DNA of 64,000 nucleotides from Eledone cirrhosa (lineage: Eukaryota). The notes under the pieces are model-generated. The model saw only the letters and a list, made by a program, of their open reading frames with translations. It had not been told where the DNA came from and made no database searches. Positions 1 through 12,440 of this stretch are shown piece after piece. The position numbers and the translations under genes are program-made. The stretch lies in assembly GCA_964016885.1 (NCBI GenBank), contig OZ024752.1:6448001-6512000 (forward strand), in the 5' to 3' direction. Positions within the stretch are counted from its first letter, which is position 1. Each line of letters begins with the position of its first letter.

Positions 1-190
1 ATTGTTTCTACTTTAGGCACAAGGCCAGCAATTACCAGTGCATTACTGGTACTTTATTTTATCGATCCCGTAAGGATGAAAGGCAAAGTAAACCTCGACA
101 GTATTTGAACTCAGACCGTAAAGGGACGTAACTATGCTGGAAAGTATGGTGTCCGACTCTCTACCGATACTGCCAATCCACCACCCTATT
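1..190 (-). mobile_element. tRNA-derived SINE family 1; further minus copies at ~2180-2395, 2400-2587, 6515-6710, 11095-11245, 11250-11360, 24795-24973, 30720-30830, 49088-49280, 56460-56585
   Basis: A box TGGCAGTATCGG, B box GAGTTCAAATCC, conserved core ctttgcctttcatccttacggggtcgataaaataaagtaccag, tail ggccttgtgccaaaagtagaaacaat(tat)n. Confidence 0.88.
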
Positions 191-1862
191 ATTTTGAATA
201 AATAATGAATGAATATTACATAATTTATCTACTAAATTTCGTAGCTGTTGATTAAATATATTTTATTGTTTATTTAAAGATTCACTTCTTTAAAATTTTC
301 AATACGTTACTGATTACATAAGACAGTGTAACGCAGTCTTCGTTCAATTTCTGTGTATATTGTCAATTACGATTTTATTTGATGTATCATATCTACATGT
401 ATATATACTTGCGTATAATATCAATATACACACTACACATGCTAGCAGAAAACACCCCGAAGGGTAGTTTTTCTGCTAATAAGATTAATTCCTTAAAATT
501 TGTCAACATTGTAACACAATTTGACACAATATATATTTTAATGTGATAACCTTTGGAACAGGCCATTAATATCAAATATTTTGAAACATCCTGTACTTTC
601 AATAATTGTGATAAGTTTTTTAAAATTGATAGACTTTATATTCATATTTATTGAAAATACTTCTATCTTTTGCTCTATCACTATTGATCTATCAGTGATT
701 CTTAAAATGGTTGACATTAAAAACAGGAACAAGGAAAAGTAAAGGAGAGAAAGCAGTTGATGTTTTTTTTTCCATGCGCAAATTACGCAACTTAAGAACT
801 AATCTGCATGCCATTGAAGCTGAGTCAATTATATATATTTTTTTCTTCTTGGACTAAAATCCAGGCGCCTACCTTATACTGGATATCCCTCTCTCTTGTT
901 GGTGAGAAAAGCATGCTAAAATAGAAGTCCAAAGAATCGTTGCTATCTTGTCATGTTTAATTAACAATATTGGAAAAAGTGAATAATTTCACAGGAAAAA
1001 CGCCATCAATATTATAATAAATTTATGGAAATCAAATGGCAATGATTATTATAATAATAGTGAAGTTGATGATTATAACATTGATGAGGGTAAAGATGAT
1101 GATTATGATAATGATAGTGAAGATGGTGACAAAAAAAAATGTTAATGTTAATGATAATACCCATAACATAATTGATATTATCAAGACAAGACAATTTTAT
1201 ATTTACTTATTATATAGCCACCAATATCTAACAAAAAGAAACTTCTAGAAAATATAGGAGTCAGTTTGTGATATCAACAAATAAATTATATATACATAAC
1301 ATATAACTGAATTATTTCTTATTTCAGTTATAATTTCAGAGCAAGTTATAGTTTAAGTTTCTGAGTGTTTTTGTATATATAAGTACCACTAAAAATACAA
1401 AGATTAAAATCATCATTTAATGTGTAAGTCCGTCAACCAATTATAAAAGTACAATGAAATATTGAAGAGATATAGGAATATAATAACATTAACTTCTTTA
1501 TATCTGTCTCTCCTTTCTCACATAAACATACACAACATTATATAAGTGATAGGGAGAAGGGCATCTACCTGTAGAAACTATGACACCAACCCCAATATAT
1601 ACACTTAGTCTCTCCCTCTTCTCTGTATGTAGTTATATATATTTATATGTAATGCATCTGTAAAATGATAGTGCTGGTGCCTCAATAAAATGCACCCAAT
1701 AGACACCGTAAAGTAGTTGGCATTAGGTTGGATATCCAGCTGAAGAAACCATGCTAACATGAAATATATGAGCAAGATGTGGTCATCAGACCTGTGTGGT
1801 CTCAGAATATGGCAGCTTGTCCAGTTCATGTGAGCATGGAAAGTGGGCATAAAACAGCAATG

Positions 1863-1914
<52 letters not shown>

Positions 1915-2083
1915 TTATTCCGGGTTGAATCGGAGGTAATCACAGTAAGTAAGGTACTCAATACATAGCAGAGTATAAAAGTTTTAATATAGATGAGATT
2001 CTACAGGACTAGAACTGTTTCATTCTTTAGAAATCATCAGGAATCTGGGTATCAAAAGATACCATATTTATTTTTTGATACCC

Positions 2084-2134
2084 AGATTCCTGATGATTTC
2101 TAAAGAATGAAACAGTTCTAGTCCTGTAGAATCT
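2084..2134 (+). ncRNA. Type I hammerhead ribozyme motif (mirror copy on minus strand 1996-2046)
   Basis: agattc-CTGATGA-t ttc taaa gaa t-GAAA-cag ttctagtc ctg-TA-gaatct: stems I, II and III pair, GUA cleavage triplet; U-U mismatch at the base of stem II. Confidence 0.7.
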
Positions 2135-2902
2135 CATCTATATTAAAACTATATATATATATATATAGTTACTTAATAATAAGGGTCTCTGATTTAGGCT
2201 CAAAGCCAGCAATTTGAAGGGAAAGGGAAAGTCGATTAAATCAACCCCAGTACATTACTGGTACTTTATTTATCGAGACCTCATAAGGAGGAAAAGCGAA
2301 GCTGACCTCAGCAGGATTTGAACTCAGAACATAAAGGGACGGAACTATGCCACTAAACTTGTTGTCCGATGCTCTACTGATTCTGCCAATTCACTTAATA
2401 ATAATTGTTTCTACTTTTGGCACAAGGCCAGCAATTATTCCAGTACATTACTGGTACTTTATTTTATCGACCCCATAAGGATGAAAGGCAAAGTTAACCT
2501 CGGTGGGATTTGAACTCAGAACATAAAGGGATGTAACTCTATGCTGCGAATCAGGGTGTCCGACCCTCTACTGATTCTGCCAATCCAAGGTAACTTAATA
2601 GTTTCAGATCAGATTCTAGATTTGACTTTCAACCAGTCTGTAACATTATAGTTTATCCTTGTCATTATTTAGCCCAAGACCATCTTGTGTTTATGTCACA
2701 AACATTATAGTTTATCCTCGTCATTATTTAGCCCAAGACCATCTTGTGTTTATGTCACAAACATTCTTGTTTTAATATGCTCAAATATAAATTAAATTTT
2801 ATCAAAAACTTTGCCTAAATTATACCATTAACATCATCTTAAAATGAGAAAAATAATTACTTTACTAAACTCCTAAAATATCTTGCTTATTTTAAACATT
2901 AA

Positions 2903-3120
2903 CCCTTTAGCATTTAAACCGGCCGTATCTGGCCAGAATTCTCTCACCACTTTCAGTCCAAACTGGATGTAACCAGCTGCTCATACTGATATTAAAGTAT
3001 TGTTTTCAAAATAAATAATATCAAAATTTCATAGATTGATATTATGGGAAATAATTATGAGAGAAAGTTTTTACTGTGAAACTATAATAGTAAATATAGA
3101 GTAATGTAAATGGTAAAGGG
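2903..3120. mobile_element. piggyBac-like MITE family A (~220 bp); other copies at ~3540-3660, 20365-20664, 33866-34272, 37880-38095, 38096-38460, 40626-40842, 53965-54168
   Basis: TTAA|CCCTTTAGCATTTA ... TAAATGGTAAAGGG|TTAA: TTAA duplication, CCC termini, ~14-bp TIR, no ORF. Confidence 0.8.
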
Positions 3121-3698
3121 TTAAATGAAACACATGCAATATATATTTCATTAGAAATATGGTCCCCAGAGGGTTAATGGGTTATGTTGAAGTCAGTCAG
3201 GTGGGATCCCATACCTCATCTGGTCATTGAGAGCAGTGGATTGGCAGTAACGGTAGAGGGTCGGACGCCATGCTTTGCAGCAGAGAGTTACGTCCCTTTA
3301 CGGACTGAGTTCAAATTCTGCCGAGGTTAACTTTGCCTTTCATCCATATGGGGTCGATAAAATAAAGTACCAGTAATGTACTGGGATAATTGCTGGCCTT
3401 GTGCCAAAAGTAGAAACAATTATTAGACAGAGGAAGGATTAAGGTAAAATTATTCAACAGATTTTTACCTGAGATTCTAACGACTCTGCCTATAATTTTC
3501 AAACAATTTTGAAAAATCCCCAAATTTTTTTCTATTCTTTTAACCCTTTAGCATTTTTGAGAACAATACCTTAACATAAGTATGATCAGCCAGTTATGGC
3601 TGGTTTGAACAGAAGGAGGTGAGAGAATTCTGGCTGGATATGGCCGGTTTAAATACAACTAATTTTCTCATTATTAAATTGGTTTTTGGAACAAAACT

Positions 3699-3960
3699 TA
3701 ACCCTTTTGATACCATACCAACCAGCCTAACATCTTTGTTATTATGATACAAAACTGTCCATTTTAAAGTGTTTATATTTAAATATAAACCTTCTACCAT
3801 AATTTTATGAAAGAAGTATTTAACTTATGTTCTAAAGACTAGTTCAATAATGGAGGGGTTAGTTATTTATTAAGCCCCTTAACAGTTTTGTTTATTTTTT
3901 AAATTAACTGAAACACGCAGACATTGTCTTTAATTAGAAATATGATAACAAAAGGGTTAA
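3699..3960. mobile_element. piggyBac-like MITE family B (~260 bp); related or interrupted copies at ~10214-10790, 12441-14088, 17995-18810, 19143-20785, 36396-36670, 52413-52672
   Basis: TTAA|CCCTTTTGATACCA ... TGATAACAAAAGGG|TTAA; shared internal blocks (ccatatttctaatgaaagac, ttttgaaaataatcaagaatttgg). Confidence 0.7.
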
Positions 3961-4887
3961 ATAATATTTCCTCTGTTATTGTCATGCTTGCAAGTCATCT
4001 CCAGTACCATGCATTGAGGTCCTTTGTCATCTCTATCATTAGATTCAGAATATATTCATTGCTAGCCTACCTGTGACCCCACTAAATCTCTTGTGCATCT
4101 ATAGTTTACACTGGGTACACCATATGTAATTTCTATCTACTCTTCTTTTGTATATCAAGCAAGGTTATTTCCTTGATGATATCAGGGTCTTATTTTCTTG
4201 CTTACTTTCTAAAACTTAAGTCAGAGCTAGATTAAAACTGGGACTTCACAACTCTAGGTTTTGTTTCCATGTCTGGAATTTTTTTTCTAAATCTTTTAGA
4301 GATTCAATTTAAGTAGGTGATGGGAGTTCCAACAGACAGCTTGTCTTAAGCTCCTCTGTGATGAGAGTTCCCACAGGTAGCTTGTCTTAAGCTGTTTGTT
4401 ATGGCCTGAACAACTATTCTAAAAGGGCTGAGACATGAACCCTGATGAACACCCTACATTCGTCTCTTTCACAGGTTTCATCTATAATAGCTCAGTGTAT
4501 CTTTATACAACTGACATCCTCCATATCTATCACATATTGGCAGTCTTCGCCTTTACACACTGAATTGTTTTTAATAACAGGTCTGATGTATCCAGCCTAA
4601 ACCTGTGACCACTCACACAGAAATATATCAATATTTGGGGTTATAATATATGAAACAAATCATGCTCTTTTCAATTCAATCTCACTGCAAAATACACACA
4701 GAAAATCGCAAATTCTGAAATTCAAAATAAAGTACACAGCACTGAAATTTGAATAAAACACATGCACACACTCACACCTATATGGAGTGTTGTTCAACTG
4801 GAACCTGTCAGGGCATCTTTTAGTGACTACCCTTACAAAAAAGATAGAAAACCCCTAAATATAAAGGAAGCACTGTTATCAACTTAC

Positions 4888-4957
4888 TTGGTGATTTTGA
4901 ATTCGAGGTGGTCTGCTCATATCTTTTGGACGTTCAGCATGTTGTGTTGTGCCGTAC
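4888..4957 (-). CDS. MAGI: MAGI-like linker exon before the last PDZ (next exon not found in window)
   Basis: attttacag|GTACGGC ... CACCAA|gtaagt; RYGTTQHAERPKDMSRPPRIQNHQ; 70 nt, phase 2 to 0. Confidence 0.75.
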
Positions 4958-5824
4958 CTGTAAAATACAAAACATTTAAAGACTTAAACATCATCATTTA
5001 ATACCTGTGGTCCCTGCAAGAGTTGGATGGGTCATCATAGGTCAAGTCAGTACATAGTTGCAATCACGGATGTTGCACTCAACAGAGTGTACTGGGTGCA
5101 TTTTATTGTGGTAGCAGCATTAGTGAGGTCATTCTGTCTTGGACACAATTGAAGAGTCATCTCTAATGTTTGTTTGGCAAAGTTTCTACAATTGGATGCT
5201 CTTCCTATCACCAATCACTTTACAGAGTGTACTGGGTGCATTTTAATGTGTCACTAACACTAGAGAGGTTGTTGTGCCCTTGACACAACTGAACAGTTCT
5301 CTCAACCCCTTTGGCATGCTTTCTACAACTGGATGGTCTTCCTATCACCATCCACCTTCCGTGGTGTACTGGCTACATTGTTTGTGGCACCAATATTAGA
5401 GAGAGTTTTCCCTGAGTTCAGTTATGTTACGTCATTCACATTCACATTACACATCCATTGGAGTATGTTCAGTTATGTTACGTCATTCACATTACACATC
5501 CATTGGAGTATGTTCAGTTATGTTACGTCATTCACATTACACATCCATTGGAGTATGTTCAGTTGATTTCTTTCTAGCCTCCACATATCAGCCATGTCTC
5601 ACTGTAGTTTGTAAGTAGACATTATACAGTCTCCCTATCACTTGGAGAGAGAAGCCCTGAAGTCTGAGACCTAACTAGGGTATGGCAAGCATAGCACGTG
5701 CCATGGGTGCCCCTTGGACCAGGAGCACTTTCTATTAAAGTCAAATAATTTGAGAGTGATAAAAGAAACTCCTTCAGATGTATGATCTGTCTTTATCATG
5801 GCTGAGAACACTATGGTGGTTGGA

Positions 5825-6100
5825 TCACGCTCAGAGTTGCTGAAGCATGGAACAAACTACCTGCATCAGTTGTTAGCTGTCGAGACACTGCATCCTTTAA
5901 AGCCTCCATGCTTCCCGATATCCGCCAACACTACAGCTAATGTTCCCTCTCCATATACATACCCACATGTATCCCATGACTCATACACTATTCACTTCCC
6001 TGACATTTGTGTATTATTCTATGTACTATACATACACCTTTGACGAGTTGTAGTGCACCTGAGCACTTTACACAATAATTTCATTATTATTATTATTATC
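5825..6100 (+). mobile_element. CR1-like LINE 3' end; a second 3'UTR copy lies on the minus strand at ~49285-49390
   Basis: RVAEAWNKLPASVVSCRDTASFK matches the CR1 C-terminal WNxLPxxVV motif; (ATT)n tail; reverse-complement match at 49.3 kb. Confidence 0.7.
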
Positions 6101-6664
6101 ATTAAACCATTTATATAAATTATAAGGTCCATAGGTAAAAACACAGTGCTGGGCAGGGGTGCAATTTCACTTCTTGTCACAGGCGCTGTTTTCACTAGAT
6201 ATGCCTCTGCCTGAAGAACAAAGTGAGTTCTTTTTCTGGTATAAAAGTCATTGCTAACACCTCACATTCTTTTATTTGGTCACAGCCCTTGATAGCAGAG
6301 TTGCCTCCCCATCTCAGTCAGTTGACTAATAGTCTACCATGTCTACCATCTCTTATTCTCTCTAAATCCTTTGCTCACATCATTAGTCTATCTGCAAACA
6401 CCAATATACACTTTCATTCTCTTCATTTGCAATGATTCCTTTATTGTTAATCTTGTGATTTCCATGAATTAACCAAAGATTTCAACAGTTTCAAATCCAA
6501 TTCTTGACAAAATAAATAATTGTTTCTACTTTTGGCACAAGGCCAGCAATTAACCAGTGTATTACTGGTACTTTATTTTATCGACCCCGTAAGGATGAAA
6601 GGCAAAGTTAACCTTGGCGGGATTTGAACTCAGAATGGCAAAGGCCGTAACTCTATGCGTCAAA

Positions 6665-7180
6665 GCATGGCGTCTGACCCTCTACCGATACTGCCAATCC
6701 ACCACCCTAGCATGGTGTCCTACCCTATACCGATACTACCAATCCACCACCCTAACATGGCGTCCTACCCTCTACCGATACTGCCAATCCACCACCCTAG
6801 CATGGCGTCCTACCCTCTACCGATACTGCCAATCCACCACCCTAACATGGCGTCCTACCCTCTACCGATACTGCCAATCCACCACCCTAACATGGCGTCC
6901 TACCCTCTACCGATACTGCCAATCCACCACCCTAACATGGCGTCCTACCCTCTACCGATACTGCCAATCCACCACCCTAGCATGGCGTCCTACCCTCTAC
7001 CGATACTACCAATCCACCACCCTAACATGGCGTCCTACCCTCTACCGATACTACCAATCCACCACCCTAACATGGCGTCCTACCCTCTACCGATACTGCC
7101 AATCCACCACCCTAGCATGGTGTCTGACCCTCTACCGATACTGCCAATCCACCACCCTAACATGGTGTCTGACCCTCTAC
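6665..7180. repeat. 45-bp minisatellite (~11 copies) made of the SINE family 1 head
   Basis: Unit catggcgtcctaccctctaccgatactgccaatccaccaccctaa, contiguous with the SINE at 6515. Confidence 0.95.
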
Positions 7181-7727
7181 CAAATTGTCTCACAAGGCAT
7201 TGGACAGTCTGTTCATGGTGATACCTTCCTTATACACTAAATTGAAGCAGTGTCTGGACACCGAATTACTGAGTGCAGCTCCACAGATTACTGAGACACA
7301 AACACAATGTGTTCTCCGCCTCCGACCTTGTCACTTCAGTCGCAACCCCAGGCCTGCCAACCATAATGCAGAGGAGAGGAAACTTGCTTTTCATGATGGT
7401 TGCCATTGAGGGCTGTCCTAGGTCCCTCAACTGCTTTTTCCTTTACCAAATCAGAAAAACATCAGATTGTCTAAGGAAGGAGTCCTGTGAGATGAAGTGG
7501 TTGTTGTAGCGAGTGTTGCTGGTCGTTCTCTGTGGTAATACCTTCACTATATTGTCCACAGGACACAGATAAGAGATACAGCTCAGACTGGGATGTAGAG
7601 TCTGTTGCTCTCTTCCCTTCCTTTTCTTGTTTAATTGCTTCTATTCTTCATTTTCTTATTATTGCTTTAAATAAATATTTCTGTAAATAGAAATAATTTC
7701 TTCCCTAATCTGTAATAGTTAACTAAC

Positions 7728-7834
7728 CGTTCATTTGTTGGTTGATGGTAAGGAGAATGGTCAGATCTGTGTGAGATATCACTCTCGCTGATAGCAGGAT
7801 ACGCCATTGCATTTATCATTGAACCAGCAGAACT
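7728..7834 (-). CDS. MAGI: MAGI-like linker exon
   Basis: ttatttcag|AGTTCT ... GAACG|gttagt; SSAGSMINAMAYPAISESDISHRSDHSPYHQPTNE; 107 nt, phase 0 to 2. Confidence 0.8.
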
Positions 7835-7862
7835 CTGAAATAACAGAAACAAATATTGTCTC

Positions 7863-9965
7863 ATTAGTGATGTAATATCTTAGGACAGTCTTGTCAGTGA
7901 TGTAATATCTTAGGACAGTCTTGTCAGTGATGTAATATCTTAGGACAGTCTTGTCAGTGATGTAATATCTTAGGACAGTCTTGTCAGTGATGTAACATCT
8001 TAGGACAGTCTTGTCAGTGATGTAATAACTTAGGACAGTTTTGTCAGTGATGTAATATCTTAGGACAGTCTTGTTAGTGATGTAACATCTTAGGACAGTC
8101 TTGTCAGTGATGTAACATCTTAGGACAGTCTTGTCAGTGATGTAACATCTTAGGACAGTCTTGTCAGTGATGTAATATCTTAGGACAGTCTTGTTAGTGA
8201 TGTAACATCTTAGGACAGTCTTGTTAGTGATGTAACATCTTAGGACAGTCTTGTCAGTGATGTAACATCTTAGGACAGTCTTGTCAGTGATGTAACATCT
8301 TAGGACAGTCTTGTCAGTGATGTAACATCTTAGGACAGTCTTGTCAGTGATGTAATATCTTAGGACAGTCTTGTCAGTGATGTAACATCTTAGGACAGTC
8401 TTGTCAGTGATGTAACATCTTAGGACAGTCTTGTCAGTGATGTAATATCTTAGGACAGTCTTGTCAGTGATGTAACATCTTAGGACAGTCTTGTCAGTGA
8501 TGTAATATCTTAGGACAGTCTTGTTAGTGATGTAACATCTTATGACAGTCTTGTCAGTGATGTAACATCTTAGGGCAGTCTTGTCTGATGTAATATCTTA
8601 GGACAGTCTTGTCAGTGATGTAACATCTTAGGACAGTCTTGTCAGTGATGTAATATCTTAGGACAGTCTTGTCAGTGATGTAATATCTTAGGACAGTCTT
8701 GTCAGTGATGTAATATCTTAGGACAGTCTTGTCAGTGATGTAATATCTTAGGACAGTCTTATTAGTGATGTAACATCTTAGGACAGTCTTGTCAGTGATG
8801 TAATATCTTAGGAGAGTCTTGTCAGTGATGTAATATCTTAGGACAGTCTTGTCAGTGATGTAATATCTTAGGACAGTCTTGTCAGTGATGTAACATCTTA
8901 GGACAGTCTTGTCAGTGATGTAATATCTTAGGACAGTCTTGTCAGTGATGTAATATCTTAGGACAGTCTTGTCAGTGATGTAACATCTTAGGACAGTCTT
9001 GTCAGTGATGAAATATCTTAGGACAGTCTTATTAGTGATGTAATATCTTAGGACAGTCTTGTCAGTGATGTAATATCTTAGAACAGTCTTGTCAGTGATG
9101 TAATATCTTAGGACAGTCTTGTCAGTGATGTAACATCTTAGGACAGTCTTGTTAGTGATGTAACCTCTTAGGACAGTCTTATTAGTGATGTAACATCTTA
9201 GGAGAGTCTTGTCAGTGATGTAATATCTTAGGACAGTCTTGTCAGTGATGTAATATCTTAGGACAGTCTTGTCAGTGATGTAATATCTTAGGACAGTCTT
9301 AGTGATGTAACATCTTAGGACAGTCTTATTAGTGATGTAATATCTTAGGACAGTCTTATTAGTGATGTAATATCTTAGGAGTCTTAGTGATGTAATATCT
9401 TAGGACAGTCTTGTCAGTGATGTAATATCTTAGGACAGTTTTGTCAGTGATGTAATATCTTAGGACAGTCTTATTAGTGATGTAATATCTTAGGACAGTG
9501 TTAGTGATGTAATATCTTAGCACAGTCTTGTCAGTGATGTAATATCTTAGGACAGTCTTGTCAGTGATGTAATATCTTAGGACAGTCTTGTCAGTGATGT
9601 AATATCTTAGGACAGTTTTGTCAGTGATGTAATATCTTAGGACAGTCTTATTAGTGATGTAATATCTTAGGACAGTGTTAGTGATGTAATATCTTAGGAC
9701 AGTCTTGTCAGTGATGTAACATCTTAGGACAGTCTTGTCAGTGATGTAATATCTTAGGACAGTCTTGTCAGTGATGTAACATCTTAGGACAGTCTTGTCA
9801 GTGATGTAATATCTTAGGACAGTCTTGTCAGTGATGTAATATCTTAGGACAGTCTTGTCAGTGATGTAATATCTTAGGACAGTTTTATTGGTGATGTAAT
9901 ATCTTAGGACAGTCTTGTCGGAGATGTAATATCTTAGGACAAATATTGTCATATTAGTGATGTAA
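7863..9965. repeat. 30-bp minisatellite, ~70 copies
   Basis: Unit gtcagtgatgtaatatcttaggacagtctt. Confidence 0.98.
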
Positions 9966-9969
9966 CAGT

Positions 9970-10010
<41 letters not shown>

Positions 10011-10101
10011 GTGAGAGAGATAGAATCAATGTTGAGAACTATATTAAACTGTGAGAGAGATGAGAAAGAGAGATATGTTGAGAGAACCATATTAAACCTA
10101 C

Positions 10102-10136
10102 CCGCTGTGATGTGGATGTTGTACTGGAAGCATCAT
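10102..10136 (-). CDS. MAGI: MAGI-like small exon (35 nt), linker after PDZ4
   Basis: Polypyrimidine tract tttctctcctatttctcattacag|ATGATGCT...CAGCGG|gtaggt; DDASSTTSTSQR; phase 1 to 0 fits both neighbours. Confidence 0.8.
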
Positions 10137-10214
10137 CTGTAATGAGAAATAGGAGAGAAATTTATTAAAAAATGTTCCTTGTTAAATAAAAAGATAAGGA
10201 AATATATGGTTAAT

Positions 10215-10690
10215 TAATCGTTTCATTACCATATTTCTAATGAAAGACACTGTTTATATCTTTAATCCTTTCATTACCATATTTCTAATGAAAGACACTG
10301 TCTATGTCATTAACTCTTCCATTACCATATTTCTAATGAAAGACACTGCTTATGTCATTAACCCTTTCATTACCATATTTCTAATGAAAGACACTGTCTA
10401 TGTCTTTAACCCTTTCATTACCACATTTCTAATGAAAGTAACTGTCTATGTCTTTAACCCTTTCATTACCATATTTCTAATGAAAGACATTGTCTATGTC
10501 ATTAACCCTTTCATTACTATATTTCTAATGAAAGACACTGTCTATGTCTTTAATCCTTCCATTACCATATTTCTAATGAAAGACACTGTCTATGTCATTA
10601 ACCCTTCCATTACCATATTTCTAATGAAAGACACTGTCTATGTCTTTAATCCTTCCATTACCATATTTCTAATGAAAGACACTGTCTATG
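10215..10690. repeat. 48-bp minisatellite (~10 copies) from the MITE B terminus
   Basis: Unit ttaaccctttcattaccatatttctaatgaaagacactgtctatgtca. Confidence 0.95.
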
Positions 10691-11754
10691 ATCTTTATAT
10701 CATTTTGAAAATAATGAAGAATGTGGAAAGATTTAATATAACTTATTATTTATGTGAAATTTGAGACTTAAAGGTTCTTACATAGAAATTCACTGTCTAT
10801 GATATATGAGGAAGTAGCAGATTTGTGACTGGCATGACCACCAAAACTGCAATATGGTGAGAGGTACGAAAAAGAACCATACCATGCGGATTAACAAGGG
10901 ACAAGTTCAGGTCTTAGGTAGAAAGGCCTGTTCGAAAAATATATTGCAGTCTCCATTTCATGCCACAAAAACTGGCAATGGGCCTGTGACTTGCCTTGGG
11001 AGGCATGGGATGGATGCACAAAGATTGTGTATCCCAAGACCCCAAAGAGGGTTTGGAAGGGAGCAAACCGTGACAATATATATATATATATAATTATAAT
11101 AATTGTTTCTACTTTTGGTACAAGACCAGCAATTATCCCAGTGTATTACTGGTACTTTATTTTATTGACCTGTAAGGATGAAAGGCAAAGTTAACCTCGG
11201 TGGGATTTGAACTAGACCATAAAGGGCCGTAACTCTTTGCTATATAATTATAATAATTGTTTCTACTTTTGGCACATGGCCAGCAATTACCCAGTGTATT
11301 ACTGGTACTTTATTTTATCGACCCCGTAAGGATGAAAGGCAAAGTTAACCTCGGCGGGATAATAAACAAAAGATAGTTACTTTAGATCATCTCTATTTTA
11401 TTATATATATTTTGAAGATGCAAGGCTTATGTATAACATAATCCCAAACATATATATATATATATTTACACACATATATATATATATATTTATATATGTA
11501 TATTTACAATGTACCATATATTTAGAATGAAGACTAAGTCCAGTAGATGTGTTACATGCTGGTTTTTATCTCATGTTTCTGTTGATAAAGGTAGAAACTT
11601 TTACACAGCTTATAATTGTAAGTTTTAAACACAACATAGCAATTATTATCAAGTTTCATATCAGCTCTTCCTAGCAAACCAACTTTGAGTGTTGTCTTCT
11701 CTCATAGAAGTACAGCAAGTAACATGGTTAATAAAAATGGATGCAAGGTTACAG

Positions 11755-11960
11755 CTCATGCAGAAGACAGCACTTCTTAGTATAGCAAAGAATTTAAGGA
11801 AAGTTTTATCTATGTAAGGCCCAAGAGTAGATGCAGTGAGGGACTTTGACAATCTGTTGTTGATTGCTCTCTAACTGAAATATCCAGATTGTTTAAGATC
11901 TGTCTGATATTTACAAAAATGAACAACAACAAGAACAACAATAATAATGGTAATAATAAT
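11755..11960 (+). mobile_element. Short R4/Dong-like 3' terminal remnant
   Basis: MQKTALLSIAKNLRKVLSM* resembles the C-terminus at 48940-48994; followed by an (AAC)/(AAT)n tail. Confidence 0.6.
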
Positions 11961-12115
11961 ACATGTAAACTAATATGCAATGTTGAATGGTTCTGTGCCT
12001 CCCTTGAGACAACACAGATGAAGAACCTGTAAACAACATTGTAATCTAAAATAAAATATTGCTCAAGCATGCAAACAACTTAAAGGTTATAGTTTCAACA
12101 CAGAGAAGTAAGACT

Positions 12116-12318
12116 TAGACATTAGACTAGGTTTCAGGAACAAGTCTTGGATATGCAGAGATTAGACTAGGTTTCAGGAACAAGTCTTGGATATATAAAC
12201 ATTAGACTAGGTTTCAGGAACATGTCTTGGATATGCAGAGATTAGACTAGGTTTCAGGAACAAGTCTTGGATATATAAACATTAGACTAGGTTTCAGGAA
12301 CATGTCTTGGATATGCAA
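12116..12318. repeat. 60-bp tandem repeat (~3.3 copies)
   Basis: attagactaggtttcaggaacaagtcttggatat... recurs at a 40-nt spacing with alternating ends (gcagag / ataaac); about five near-identical blocks, so the true period may be 40/80 bp. Confidence 0.7.
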
Positions 12319-12440
12319 TCTGAAAGACAAACCTTGAAGCAATGATAACATTCTTAGAAATATCTCTTTAAAAACAAACTGGTTTATTAAATATAGTAGC
12401 TTTCTGGAGTTGGTGGAAAATATGACATAATTTTCAATAT

